Positions 36,791 through 51,108 of a DNA stretch of 64,000 nt are shown in pieces. The stretch lies in NCBI RefSeq assembly GCF_963921235.1, contig NC_086107.1:46686001-46750000 (forward strand), read 5' to 3'. The notes under the pieces are model-generated. The model did not search any database. It had not been told where the DNA came from and worked only from the letters and a program-made list of their open reading frames with translations. This DNA is from Mobula hypostoma (taxonomy: Eukaryota). A program made the position numbers and the translations under genes. Within the stretch, counting starts at the first letter, position 1, and every line of letters starts with the position of its first letter.

Positions 36791-39700
36791 CTCCAGCCCT
36801 TCACTATTACAAGGTTTTAACATTTTAGAACTAATGTTAAGGTCGTTGGAATTCAGTATAATGGACTAGAATTGCAGTCACAGACCATTTAGTACCAATG
36901 ATGTAACAATCCCTGTCGTATGCAGAACCCCTTTTCTGTCTTTAAATGTTACTATTATAAACCAGAAAGGGGATTTCTGCAATCCAGCATTATCACACCA
37001 GAAAGCTTGATTGCATCAAAGAATTATGTGGACTGTTTACTGAGAGGTGTTTTCATTTTTAAAAAGTGCTTTAGACATCTAATTAAATATTAGACTCTCT
37101 GTATGTGAACACATTTGAAGGTGATAGATAAATATTGTATGTTAACATAATTTTTAAGATTTACATGTATATGTTATGCCAGTTTGGGCAGCAAAATTAT
37201 TGAGCCTTGTTACATAAGTATGTATGTGAAAGGTCTAAACTTTCATGCGTTAGCCGAAGCTTAGAATCATATCAACTAAAGCTGTGGCCCCACTATAACT
37301 GAATAATCTATGCTTGTATGCAAGTCCTGAAGTTCTCTCATTTTTACAGAGAGATCAAGGAAACTGCTGATAAATATGTAGTGGGATTTGGTAGGCCATC
37401 TGGTACTTGGAAATTTCAGTGAGAAAAGGATCAAATATACCATTCACTGAGAATTATATGCTGGTTAACAACTGGTAGTAAAATTGGATTCAGATATGGG
37501 AATAGGAAATGAGGGCTGCACCACGAGAATTGGAAGAGAAAATCTTGGATGAATTTCTGGTGGGGCAATAAAAGCATGAATGTACATTGTATGTCATTTT
37601 TTATAGTCTCTTAAAATATATTTTCATTAAATGTATTCAAATTCTAGAAATTATAATTTGTGTATATGAATGTGACTGCCTCCTAACAATTACATCTAGC
37701 ATTTGTAAATAAATTATTGTTTGATATTAGCATTTGTCTCCAATTTGACAAACATATTCTGTTTACAAGGTCATTTCATAAGTAGGTAATAAAGACATGT
37801 TTTCAGTAAGATGGCAGTGCACTCGAGTGCAGAAGGTCCACAAGGCCTTTTAACTTTTTTTTTTAATGATTGCAAGGCACTGCTGGACACAAGGAACTTC
37901 AGGCACTGCAAGTCTACCCCATCAGCAAGTTGCATGTTGGCAGAGGGGCTGGAATTGGTGTGATCATATTGCTGCCTGCTATAGAGAGGCATTGGAATCA
38001 GTGCATGAAGGCAGTGTGCAGTCTAACAGCCAGTGATTGTCTCAGTCATTTTTCTTATAATCACAAGCCCCTGGTGGATATTGGTAGCATGTAATGCTAC
38101 AAGTCTGATTCACTGCTTTATTGGCAGGACAGACACCGGGAGCTGTGCGTCCTCAGTGGTAACATGCACTAGACCTCATGCTGTGCTGTTGCCTGTTGCA
38201 GCCGGTGGTAGTGTGCTGCTTCCAGTGCTGTGTATGACTGTTGGTACTGTGTTTTGCACCTTGGCCCCAGAGGAACACTCCCGTATCTCTTACCATAGCT
38301 TCACTCCTCTTGTATCTCAAAACTACTGCAGTCTGTCAAGTTAATCTGCTGATAATTGTACCATTCAATCACTTCTGGCCTTCTCCCCATCATAGAACCT
38401 CCATTTTGTTTCCTTTACTCTTCCATTCTCAGCATTTTTTTTTATTACCATTAAGATTTTATAGTGTTGATGAAGAGTCATCAGCTTGAAACATTAACTC
38501 AGTTTCTCCTTCCATTCTATGTCAGTGAGCCACACAGGCCAGCAGCTTTCAATAAACAGGTAAGACACTGCAACATTCTACCCATCAAAAGCCACAACAC
38601 TGATGCTCAGCCCAAAGGCTTGTATAACCCTCATGGGTGCTTTGATATACTACACACAAAACATAACACAATAATACCCAAAACTAACAATCAATAGTTG
38701 CTACCCAGTGAGAGTGGTCCACCAGCCTCCCAGTGCTCCAAAAACCACCTGGGGAGTAGTAGTTATGAAGCTGGACTCCTACTTTGTGATCTTATTTACT
38801 GATCAGCCAGGTGAGTAATGTTCCCAGACTCATTGGGGATGTAGGTGCAGCATTTCTGACCAATCACAGCACAGCTGTCACCCATCACTGCAAATAGGTA
38901 GTCCAAGGCCATGGGATTTTGCAAGGCCACCAGCTGAACAGGCATCAGTTCAGCTGACACTTTGCTCAGTGCACCCTCTGTAGGTTTGAATGCTGAGGCT
39001 GTCCCATTGGTAGTGTCTCTATGAGAGAAGCCATGCGTATCAGTTGCCAGGACAGCCTGGTTGTACCAGACAGTGGAAAGACCATCATCCAGGACCTTTC
39101 TGCTTATTCAAGCTGTTGAGGTGGTGTATGTGCAGTACCATGTACCCCAGATAGCAGCAGCCATCCTATCCTGCAGGGTTAGGGGAGTATTAGCCATGGG
39201 CACCGCAATTCCAGTACCTACTGTTTAGCATCCAGGAAGTGCCCATCTTCGTGGCATCCTTTACTCTGGACACAGTCGCCCAGAATACTGCTGGGTACAG
39301 GGTACAGGACAGGCTGGATAGCCTGAGGAAGAAGAAATATATGACTGTTAATGGGATTATATTGTAGATCACGCAACAGCCTCTGGGATTCAGAGGAGCA
39401 AATTAGTAGAGAGACCACAGGATGCTGCAGGAAACAGTGTAACTCAGGTTAATTAAGCCCAAAGATGTAATGTCAGAAAACTGTGGAGGGATGAAGATGA
39501 GATTTACCAAATATTTTAAATGAGAACTTGAAAAAAGAGCAATGCGAGAACTAGGCATTGCTAGCGAGGCTTGGACAACTGACAGAAATGCAGCAAACTA
39601 GAAAGTAACTAAAGATAAAAACTGTTAAAAGTGGAATTAGTAGTTAGTGTCTCTACCCTACGTATGGGAAATCATCAGTTTGAAACCCATGGAGGAGAGA

Positions 39701-40996
39701 TGAAATTGATAAAAGACTTATTGAAGCTATGACTATACTGTAGCAAGATGATATCAGAGTAGATTTTCAGGAACTGAATTTTTGCAAATACTTTGATAAG
39801 TGATTGAATGAGATTTACTTTGTTTAAAAGTTGTGATGTTGGAGGTTTGTCATGAAAGGAGTTAAGTTGTAATTATAGAAAAGGATTGATCTGGTCCTCT
39901 GGTTGAGGTTCAAAATTTTGATTGTATTATCTAAAGGCCAATTTTGATGGTATCAGAAAGGATCTGACAAGTGTGGATTGGGATACGTTGTTTCCTGGCA
40001 AAGGTGTACTTGATAAGTTTGAGGCCTTCATAAGTGAATTTTGAGAATATAGAGTTTGTATGCTCCTGTCAGAATAAAAAGAATAGATATCAGATTTAGG
40101 GAACCTTGTTTTGAGAGATATTAGGGTTCTGGTTAAGAAAAAGGAGGTGCATAGCAGGTATAGGCAGGTCACAATAAATAAGGTAATTGAGTACAGGAAA
40201 TGCAAGACAACACAAGGAGGAAATCAAGAGGGCTATGAAAAGGCATGGTTCCTCTAGCAAATAAAGGGAGGGAGATTCCCAAGAACTTCTACAGATATTA
40301 AGAGCAAAAGGATAGCAATGGACAAAACTGGTTCTCTGGATGACTGGAGTTGTAATCTATGTGTGGAGCCGAAAGAGACAGTAGATCTGAAATGGGTTTT
40401 ATTGTATCTGTATTTTCTTGGAAGATGGACAGTCAGTTGAGGTGAAGAAAAGCAGTAGTTAGGTCATGGACCCTGTAAGGCAAATTAAAGTGGATAAATC
40501 CCCAAGACCTGACAAGGTGTTCCCTCGGACCCTGTGGGAAACTAGTACCAAAACTGCAGGGGCCTTAACAGAGATATTGAATTATCTTACCATGAGTTGG
40601 GTGGCGGAGGATTGTAGAAAAGCTAATGCTGTTGCATTGTTAGGACAGGCTCCAAGTTTAAGCCAGGAAATTATAGGCCAGTGGGCCTGACATTAGTTGT
40701 AAAGTTATTTGAAAGGACCGGATATCTAAGTATTTGGATAGACAGGGATAGTCAACACAGCTTTGTGTGGTATGTTGTGCTTAACTAATTACAAGGTTTG
40801 TCGAGGAAGTTACCAGGAAGGTTGATGAAGGCAAGTCGGTGGATATTGTCTATGGGGACTCCAGCAAGGTCTTTGACAAGTTCCCAAATGGGAGGTTGGG
40901 CAACAAGGTTCAGTCATTCGGCATTCATGATGAGTTAGTAAATTAGATTAAACATTAGCTTCATGGGGGATGCCAGAGGATGGTAGAAGATGGTTG

Positions 40997-42146
40997 TGTC
41001 GCATAAGGGGTGCAGGGAATGGACCCAAATGCAAGACACAGACACTGAAGTACAAGGAACAGGACTTGACTAGAGTCAGGACGTGACAGGATTCAGGCAA
41101 GGAGCAGGGACAAGAACACAGACTTGGGCGAGGGAAAGCGGGACCAGGACTAGGAACTATGGACTAGGAGAAAAGGCTTGGACTCCAAGCCTGTGATTGG
41201 ACAAGGACCCAGAACTTGGGTCTTGCCTTGGGCTCAGACCCCAGAAACAGGCAAAGACATGACATAGCTTGCAGCCTGGGTTCTCTGAGCTGGAGCTTGG
41301 GCGCAGGATCCTCGCAGCCTGGGTTCTCAGAGCTGGAGCTTGGGCACAGGATCACCATCTTGAAATGCAGAGGCTGATAACTCAGAGGCTGGAACTGGAG
41401 ACCAACTGGGAACTGAACAAACAGAGCTGGGACTTGTCCTTCAAAAAGCCAGGACTCACCATTAACACAGCACTAACATGAGACAGGACAGAACATAAAC
41501 AGAGCCAGGACTTGCCCTAAGACAAGCCAGGGCTCCACTTAATCTCCACACTAAGGTGGGACAGGTCCACCAGTTGGGTAACAGCAGGACAGCCAGACTT
41601 AACCAACAGAGGCAAAGACAAGACATATCCCCCTGCAGGACAACAGCAAAACAGCCTGGTTCAGCCCACAGAAGCAAGGACAAGAGACAAACACCAAAGA
41701 ACAACAGACTGTTCTATCTCTGCTCCAGGGAAGCTCCAAGTTTCAGTTCAGCCAGCAACCTCAGCTGGCTACAGAAACAGCCAGATCCCTACCTAGCTCA
41801 GAGTGGCTGGCAGCCACTCAGCTGGCCCAGGAAACAGCCAAATCCATACCTCAAAGACCACTCCAACAAGTGGCAACATGGCTCCATGAAGCAGTGGTCC
41901 TCCAACCAGGCCTAGAGATCACAAATGGTTTCACTCGCCTTCCATCAACAGGTTGCTCCAAGAGGGACTGATAAGACAAACCAGCAGTCCACACTCAATC
42001 CCAAGGCTACTTATATTGCAAGCCTAAAGATGGGAATCAGGTGCCTATGATTAATTCAAACAAGGGATAGCTGGAAGACCCGGAGTCCTGAGTCCACGGA
42101 CCGGACCATGAACCGGAATGTGGATTTCATGGACCAGACCATGACA
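40997..42146. mobile_element. solo LTR
   Basis: TGTC...GACA ends with exact 5-bp TSD GGTTG (40992-96 and 42147-51). The CR1 sequence resumes across it. Confidence 0.8.
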
Positions 42147-42384
42147 GGTTGCCTCTTTGACTGGAAGCCCGTGACTAGTGGTGTGTTGCAGGGATCGGTG
42201 CTGGTCCCCCTGTCGTTTGACATCTATATCAATGATCTGGATAATAACATGGTAAGCTAGATCAGCAAATTTATGGATGACATCAAGATTGGGGAAGTGA
42301 GGAAGACTATCAAAGTTTGCACCAGGGTTTGGCCCAGTTAGAAAAGTGGTTGAAAAATGGCGGAAGGAATTAAACGCAAACAAG

Positions 42385-44035
42385 AATCAGAATCAGAATC
42401 AGGTTTATTATCACCAGCATGTGTTGTGAAATTTGTAATTTAGCAGCAGCAGTTCAATGCAATACAGAATATAGAAGAAGAAAAAATAATAATAAATAAA
42501 ATACAGTATACATATATTAAATCAGTTAAAAATCATGCAAAAAAACAGAAATAATATATATATAAAAAGTGAGATAATATTCAAGGGTTCAATGTCCATT
42601 TAGGCATTGGACGGCAGAGGGGAAGAAGCTGATCCTGAATCACTGAATGTATGCCTTTAGGCTTCTGTACCTCCTACCTGATGGTAACAGGGAGAAAAAG
42701 GCATGCCCTGGGTGCTGGGGGTCCTTAATAATGGATGCTGCTTTTCTGAGACACCACTGTCCTGGGAACTTTGTAGGCTAGAACCCAAGATGGAGCCGAC
42801 TACTAAATTTACAACTAAATTTTGGGAGTAAGGTATTGGTGTGGGTGGAGAATTGGTTAGCAGACAGGAAGCAAAGAGTGGGAATAAACGGGACCTTTTC
42901 AGAATGGCAGGCGGTGACTAGTGGGGTACCGCAAGGCTCAGTGCTGGGACCCCAGTTGTTTACAATATATATTAATGACTTGGATGAGGGAATTAAATGC
43001 AGCATCTCCAAGTTTGCGGATGACACGAAGCTGGGTGGCAGTGTTAGCAGTGAGGAGGATGCTAAGAGGATGCAGGGTGACTTGGATAGGTTGGGTGAGT
43101 GGGCAAACTCATGGCAGATGCAATTTAATGTGGATAAATGTGAAGTTATCCACTTTGGTGGCAAAAATAGGAAAACAGATTATTATCTGAATGGTGGCCG
43201 ATTAGGAAAAGGGGAGGTGCAACGAGACCTGGGTGTCATTATACACCAGTCATTGAAAGTGGGCATGCAGGTACAGCAGGCGGTGAAAAAGGCGAACGGT
43301 ATGCTGGCATTTATAGCGAGAGGATTCGAGTACAGGAGCAGGGAGGTACTACTGCAGTTGTACAAGGCCTTGGTGAGACCACACCTGGAGTATTGTGTGC
43401 AGTTTTGGTCCCCTAATCTGAGGAAAGACATCTTTGCCATAGAGGGAGTACAAAGAAGGTTCACCAGATTGATTCCTGGGATGGCAGGTCTTTCATATGA
43501 AGAAAGACTGGATGAACTGGGCTTGTACTCGTTGGAATTTAGAAGATTGAGGGGGGATCTGATTGAAACATATAAGATCCTAAAGGGATTGGACAGGCTA
43601 GATGCGGGAAGATTGTTCCCGATGTTGGGGAGGTCTAGAACGAGGGGTCACAGTTTGAGGATAGAGGGGAAGCCTTTTAGGACCGAGGTTAGGAAAAACT
43701 TCTTCACACAGAGAGTGGTGAATCTGTGGAATTCTCTGCCACAGCAAACTGTTGAGGCCAGTTCATTAGCTATGTTTAAAAGGAAGTTAGATATGGCCCT
43801 TGTGGCTACAGGGGTCAGGGGGTATGGAGGGAAGGCTGGGTTCTGAGTTGGATGATCAGCCATGATCATAATAAATGGTGGTGCAGGCTCAAAGGGCCGA
43901 ATGGCCTACTCCTGCACCTATTTTCTATGTTTCTAACCCTCTGCAGCTTCTTTCGGTCCTGTGCAGTAGCTCCCGCCCCCATACCAGACAGTGATGCAGC
44001 CTGTCAGAATGCTCTCCACAGTACATCTACAGTGT
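42385..44035 (-). mobile_element. Rex/L2-type LINE 3' fragment with (aatcag)n tail, itself split by a young CR1
   Basis: AATCAGAATCAGAATCAGGTTTATT tail at about 42385; its sequence resumes at about 43935 after the CR1. Confidence 0.65.
42820..43935 (+). mobile_element. young 5'-truncated CR1 LINE
   Basis: Uninterrupted ORF 42836-43846 (SGVPQGSVLGPQLF, KFADDTKLG, RPHLEYCVQFWSP); short tail ttttctatgtttcta. Confidence 0.93.
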
Positions 44036-47000
44036 GAGGTACATCACTTTTGAAGGAGTAGCCAGGGTAGATTTTACACAGTCAGCAGTAGGGCACTGAG
44101 GAGTATTGTAGAACTGAGGAATCTGGGGAATACAGATCCTTAATAGATAGGGTCATAAAGAAAGCTTTTGGCACATTTACCTTCATAGATCAATGTATTT
44201 GAGTACAGGAGTTGGGATGTTATGCTGGAATTGTATGAGACACCAGATTTGGAGTATTCTGTGCAGTATTAATTAACTGCCAACAGAAAAGATGTAAGTA
44301 AGATGGAAAGAGTGTAGAGAAGATTAACAAGGATGTTCCAGGACTTGAGGACCTGAGATATACAGAAAGATTGAATAGGCTGGAATTCTGTTCCCTAGAA
44401 CGTAGAAGATTGAGGGGAGATTTGATAGAGTTATAGAAAATTATGAGACGTATAAATAACGTAAATGCAAGCATACCTTTTCCACTGAGGTCAGGTGAGA
44501 CTACAACTAGAGGTCATGTGTTAAGTGTGAAAGGTTAAATGTTTAAGGGGAACATGAGGGAGAACTTATTCACAGAGAGGGTGGTAGGAGTGTGGAATGA
44601 GCTGCCAGCAGAAGTCGTGGATGTGGGTTTGATTTCAACATCCAAAAGAAATTTGGACAGGTACATGGATAATGGGTATGGAGGGCTATGGTCCAGGGAC
44701 AGTTCAATGGGACTCTGTAGATTAATGTTTTGACATAGATTCTTTGGCCTATCTAGTCAGTTTCTATGCTGTAGTGTCCTATGACTCTAATGAAACATAC
44801 AATCCACATCACTCTATCTGGGACTTTCAATATTCTCATGCATTAATCCTTTTGTTCACTCCCAAGATATTCTCATGAACCTCCTCTGGACTCTCCCCAG
44901 TGCAAACATATCTTTTCTTTCAGGGCCGTTTAAATAAGGGGCACAAAACTGCTCACAAACTCCAGATGCTGTCTGACCTGTTGTGTTTGTTATTGAGGGA
45001 TAGTGCAGAGCACACCAGGATGTCAGTCTGTAGGATACTCAACTGAACTTTATTGTTATCCAAGCTTGTACAGTATGTGAACTCCTCCCATGTGGAAATG
45101 GTATAGGAATAATACTATTAACTACCACTACATCCCCCCTTCTTGATAAAAAGAGAAAAAATAAGTACTTTTTGCCTATAGAACTGCATTGAAATTATAG
45201 TCACTGATACTGAGTGATTCAGTTCATTTTACCCATAGCACGTAACTTATGCTCCTTACACAAACATCGAAAAGAACTGCCAACATTATGACAATCTTTT
45301 GCTTTGTTTTTAACAATTTATCTCTCTCTCTCTCTCTCTCTCTGTATTTCTCCCTTTTTCACCAATTCCCCTTTAAGAGCAGTCTCATTTTTTTGAAATG
45401 TTTTCAACTTTACAACTCTTTAAAAAAAGCCACTAAGTCTAATGGAGGTTGGGGTAGACTACCTGAATGCTCTGGCAAAGTGAAAGGATTATTCTGCCTC
45501 TTTGATCACTTGCCCTAAGCTATTAGGCGATGATATATATCATTGTGGTGGGACAGATAAACAACCCGATCTAATATAGGTTCCTGGAAGTGTTGCAGCA
45601 GATGGAGATTCTTGAACAGGTGCATCAGCCTCAGGTAAGTGATCCTGGTCATGATGATTAGGTCACTCTATTTCTCTCTCTACAGATCGTAAACACTGAA
45701 GGCACACGAGTTCACGCCTGTTTTCACCTTGTGATGCTCTGATCGCAAACGGACCGTGGTACATGCTACTGGATTGTTGTTCAATGCCTGTATATAAATG
45801 GAGGAGATGGAGTTAGAGCATAAGCTGGCCACATAATCATGAGTGTACAGGGGATACAGTAGGGGGCTGTGGTGTGCGAGTGTTGAGGATGATCATGGCA
45901 GAGTTGTTGCTGCCTATCCTTACTACTTGTGGTCTGTTGGTCAGGAAGTTGAGGCTTCAGTTGTAAAGGAAGGTGTTTTATCTCAGATCTTGGAGATTGG
46001 AGATTAGTGAGTTTGGAATCATAGTATAGAAGAAAGAGTTGTAATCAGTAAGTAATAGTCTAAAGTAGGTGTTTACCATTGAAATGCTCTAGTGATGAAT
46101 GTGGGGCCAAAGAGATGGCATCTGGCAGTGCAAGGCCAATTGCAGTGGATCAGATTTATCTGGGAGGCTGTAGTTAATGCATTGCATGCCATAACTAGCC
46201 TCAGAAAGCATTTCACAACTGTGGATCTCAGAGCCTCCGAGTTGTAAGGCTTGAGATCTGAAATTCTTACCCTAAACATCTCCACCACTCCAACCTGTTT
46301 CAAGCTTCCTAACTCTTGTTTATTTGATGTAATATTACTTTATGTGAAGCAGTGTCAACGTTTCTTTGTTAAGTACTTTGGGAGGTATGCTGAATGTATG
46401 ACATGAATGCAAGTCTCTGGTAAAAGGCCCTTGAAGTAGCAAATCATTGTTGATGTACCACCAGCTCTAGCTACAACTCACTGGGGGCTCAAATGCATGG
46501 GAAGCAGGAGGGAAAGGTTTTCTTGCACCCTTCAAGTATCTGGTAATCATTAAAATAAACTATGCTCGTGTTTTCTTTTAATATATCATGCATTTTCCTT
46601 ACAAGTTAATGATCCAATCGAGTTTACATCAATTATACTTAAATTACAACATTGTTGTTAATTCCAGACTTAAGCCATATTTTTAAGAAACATTTAAATT
46701 GCAAAAAAAATGTCAACACCCACTGGCAGATTGGAAGAACAAGAGACTGCAGATGCTGGAATGTGCAGCAACATACAGTCTGCTGGAGGAATTCGGCATG
46801 TTTGGCAGCATCGGTGGAAGGAAGGAAATTATCTACGTTTCTGGTGGAAAACCTACACCAACATTCAGCATGGAGAGGGTAAGGGGGAGTGGCCTGAAAG
46901 GACTCCCAAGTGATTGGTGCACCTGAGGGGTGTAAATGACAGGTAGGTAGTGCCAGGTAAGGGAGGGAAGCAGTGGTGGAATTGAAAGACTGGGGCAGAT

Positions 47001-49859
47001 GAATGATAAATGGAGACAGACACTGACAGATTGTCTAATGTTTGATGGTGGAGGTCAAAGACAATGTTGGCCCCATTATTTCATTTTGTAAAATTTGCAG
47101 CAATACAGTATCATGAAGAACCAGAGGCTGGCAACTTTGAGGGATTGGTGAATTCCCAGCCTGGGATGCAAAATAAAGCAGCATTTCCACCATGTACAAG
47201 CTCTATTTAGCCATCCATTTATTTTTAACTGTGTTTATATTTATATAATAGTTTATATTCTTCCATATGAGGAAACCTCCATTCATCCTATGACTACCCT
47301 CAGGATTTTCTTTCTTTCAATCAAGTCCCCCATTATTGTAAGTGTCAGCAGATACTATCTCAGACTGTCCAACCTTACTTCAACCCTCTTATTCCAGTAT
47401 CAGTTTAGTAAATTTTGTCTGAACTGCTTCCAATATTTCAATATATTCCTTTAACTAAGGATCCCAATACTGTACAAGTACACCAGATGACTAAAGCATC
47501 ATCTAGCTACAACATAACCTCCCTACTTTGGTATGCAATTTTCTCTATTAATAAGCAATAATATTTTGTAAGCTTTCCAGAATTTGCTGTAACTGGATAC
47601 GAACTTTTTGGGATTCATGCACATCCAGTAATTTATCCCTCAGCTCTGCAATCTCTCATTATGCTTCTTTTCATACTAACATTTAAATATTTTAACTTTG
47701 TGCTCCATTTGCCAGATTAGTAATTACCACTTAATCTATTTGCATCAATTTGTAGCCTCTTTTTGACCTCTTCACAATGATTTTTTTTGTGCCTTTCATT
47801 GTGTCAAAAGCAAATTTAGCAACTAAACCTTTAGTCCCTTCATCTGTTATATGAAAAGCAGAGGCCTCAGTAAAAATCCATGTAACACTCCTCTCTTTGT
47901 ATCTTGCCAATTAGAAAAATAACCTAATTACGTAGTCTACCCAATTTCCTGTTAGCCAGCCAATCTTCCATCCAAGTCAATATAACTACGTGCATTATTA
48001 TTTTTTATTTTCAATAATAACACTTAAAAAGTGTCCTGGAAAGTATAAGCACAATTTTGTATATCGAGTAGCATTGCAGTTAGCACAGCACTATTACAGC
48101 TTGGGGCATCAGAGTTCTGAGTTCAATTCCGGTGTCCTCTGCAAGGAAGTTTGTATATTCTTCCCAAGTGCGCATGGGTTTCCTCCAGGTGTTCTAGTTT
48201 CCTCCTACAGCCAAAGAGGTTGTAGATTAATAGTTCATTGTAAATTGTCCTGTGATTAGGCGAGGGGTTAAATCAGCGGATTGCTGGTCAGCATAGCTCA
48301 GTGGGCCAGAAGGGCCTGTTCCCCACTGTATCTCTAGAGAAATAAAAATAAATAATTCCTCATTATCCAGAGATCAATGAACTAGTAAAACATAATTTTC
48401 CCTTCACAGAAACACGCTGACTTTTCTTAAAATTGCTGCATTTATCTAAGGGTGTGCTAGAACATTTTAATAATAGCTTCTCCGTTTAGTAACTTCCCTG
48501 TGTCAGATGTTAAGCTAGCCCAGAGTTTGTGTCTTTGCATCTCTCTCCCTTTTGGAAATAAGGAGTTGGATTTTTTTTGCTTCTCAAACCCAATGGAACT
48601 TTTCTTGATTCCAGGGAATTTGGGAAAATTAAAACCAATATAGTTACAATCTCTGAAAATCTTAATTAAAGCCAAATTGCAGACAATGGAAAAATAAAAT
48701 AAAAAGAGAAAACACTGGAAATACTCAACAGGTCAGCTGACATCTGTGGAAGAGAAGCAAAAGTATGCTCCATATTGATCTTTCATTGGAAACAGGAAGG
48801 AAAGATGGTTGGTAAGCTGCAGAGAGAGTGGGTGAGGTCTTCCATGGTGTAAAACTGGGGTCATTGAAGAAGGGCCTTCAACCTAAATGATAAATCTGTT
48901 TCTCTTCCCACCGATGAGGCTTGACTTAATGACTATTTCTAGCATCTTGTTTTATTAATTACACCAATATTGCCACTATCCACTTATTCCAATACTCCAG
49001 CATGACATCTATCAGGACCCTAGGAACGTGTCAACCTACAGCTCCAATAAGCTCACTACAGTAAAACGACATTAATCTGCTATTCAGCGACTTGGAAATA
49101 TTAAGGTATCTGACTCATCCGGTGATGCTTGCTGTGCACCCCTTCAAATCCCCCAGGCCCTGGTTCCAGGGCTCAGTTTAAATATGAAGGCACAAGAGCC
49201 TTCAAATTTAAACTGGTATCTGCAGCGAAAAACAACCAATTGGAGGAATACTGCAGACCAGGCATCATCAGCTGAGGGAAATGGACAGTCCAGATGATAG
49301 GTCTCGATCCGGAACGCCGACTGTCTATTTTCATTTACAGATGCCAAGTGAGACGCAGAGCTCCTTCACCGGTTTGCTTCATCTTGCACTGTTGTAATGA
49401 ATTGATTTGTATGGACGGTATGCAAGACAAGTGCTTTCAGTATACCTCAGCCCGTACGACAAGAAAAACAAATCTACCATTTTTTTTTGTTCCGAAGTCT
49501 CAGCCTCTTACGTCACCAATTGATTTGCTAGGTTTGCTGAAAAAAAATCAATATATTATTAAATAACATCATAAGGCAGAGGGGAGGCGGGAGTTGAAAC
49601 TGTGGGGAGGGAATGGGAACAGAAAGGGAGCGGATGAGAGTGGAGCAGCGATGGGAGATGCTGTATTCCAATGAGGAGGGCGCTGATCAGGAGTTGTTGC
49701 TCTTTCTGACATGGTCGGTCTTCCGAAGCTGCGCAGTCATTAGTGTCTGCGCAGTAATGCAGACAGCGTCCCACGGCATCCTGAGTTTTAAGTGTTCTGG
49801 ACCCGTGGGATGAAAGCTCATCAATGTCCAGGTTGCCTCGGCGATGAAAATGGTGGCAC

Positions 49860-50052
49860 AGCGCGACCCGGGGGAGTGAGGGTTCCACCCTCAGCTATAC
49901 TGAACTGCTCAGGAGGTCCAAGTTCCGTATGCTCCACCACCGCCGGACTGAGTGTGTAAATATAGGAGGGGACTATGTTGAAAAATAAATGTGCTAGGCT
50001 TTCTAAAATTGACTCCTTTTACCTTAGGCCACGAACTTATCAATCACCCCTC
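49860..50052 (+). mobile_element. mariner transposon 3' end
   Basis: CVNIGGDYVEK* transposase C-terminus (49953-49988), then a TIR-like ccttaggccacgaacttatcaatcacccctc. Confidence 0.75.
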
Positions 50053-50154
50053 ATGCAATGTCTTAGTTTAACAGATTTTTTGAAGTTGGATCTTCACTCA
50101 TGTTTTCTCTTTGTCTTTTGACTTTTTTGTATTACTATATCCTTTTTAAAATAG

Positions 50155-51108
50155 AAGAATTTGGTTTTGCATCATGCCGAATATATTCCTTCTTCCCAAA
50201 AAACATCAAAGTTATCTGGAAAATGGATAATAATATACTGGAGGAAACGAATGCTGAACATGAAGCTATCTTGGGAAAGGATGGCTGTTATAGCTGCACC
50301 AGTCATTTGAAATTTATTCCTGAAAGAGAAATGTGACGAAGGCCCGTCACTGATTACGGACGGCACATGGCACACTCAGTAAAACACTCATCCCCGGCAG
50401 TAATAGTCACTGGGTCTGAAACAGAGCTGCTCCACAGGTGTGCTAATGGTGGAGGATAACATCTTTAATTGGGTCAAGGGTTATGTTCCCTAATTACTCA
50501 TCTTGTGATCAGTTGTGGAGTGGTTACTGACCGGAGAGGGAAAGCTTCAGGGAATCGTGTGGCATAATCACATACAACCAGAATGTGCTGATATCCTGCT
50601 GAGCATTTTTCCAGGGGCCCCACAATGTCCATTGAAATTCGCTTAAATGGGGTGGTAATCACTGGCATGGATTGGAGGGGTGCTTGGTCTGATTTACGAA
50701 CAGCACTGGGTTTTTGACACTCTGGGCACGTTTTGCAATATGTCTGCACATCAGTGTACATTGAAGGCCAAAAGAACCGAGAGGCCAGCCTGAGATATGT
50801 CTTACGGTGACCTAAGTATCCTGCCCAGGGAATGGTATGTGCAAGGTGTAGTATAAGGGACCAGCAACGACTTGGCACCACTAACCTCCTGTTGCCTGGC
50901 TCCTCTCCCTGATAAAGGATGCCGTTGTGAAGGACATACACTGAACCACTTAGCTGGGTAGTGTAATTAGCAGAGGTTAAGACCTTGGTTAACAGAGACT
51001 TTAACAAGGGATCAGACTGTTGTAACATGGGAAAGTTATTAACGTGTGAATTCCAGCATGAAAGTATGACAGACACCAAGAAAACTAGCTGTAAATTGTT
51101 TAAATTGA
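50155..51108 (+). pseudogene. C1 Ig exon split by a Gypsy fragment
   Basis: 5' part EEFGFASCRIYSFFPKNIKVIWKMD...SCTSHLKFIPEREM (50155-50333) joins in frame to GKLLTCEFQHESMTDTKKTSCKLFKL and A|gtgagt (51030-51108). Confidence 0.8.
50334..51029 (-). mobile_element. Ty3/Gypsy pol fragment (integrase H2C2 zinc-binding region and start of the core)
   Basis: ORF 50498-51079: LAHTIPWAGYLG...FFWPSM...CKTCPEC...PFKRISMDIVGPL...VVCDYATRFPEAFPL. Confidence 0.9.

Larger units (their letters stand above)
39900..44740 (+). mobile_element. old CR1 LINE, interrupted by nested insertions
   Basis: Degenerate CR1 ORF2 text on both sides of each insertion (e.g. VDKSPRPDKVFPRTL at about 40490; MFKGNMRENLFTERVVGVWNELP at 44539). 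Confidence 0.8.

Noticed and set aside
36322-36820. Pro/Ser/Leu-rich ORFs (also 26065-26409 and 58842-59162)
   Set aside because: They arise from low-complexity pyrimidine or purine tracts inside repeats; no domain signal.
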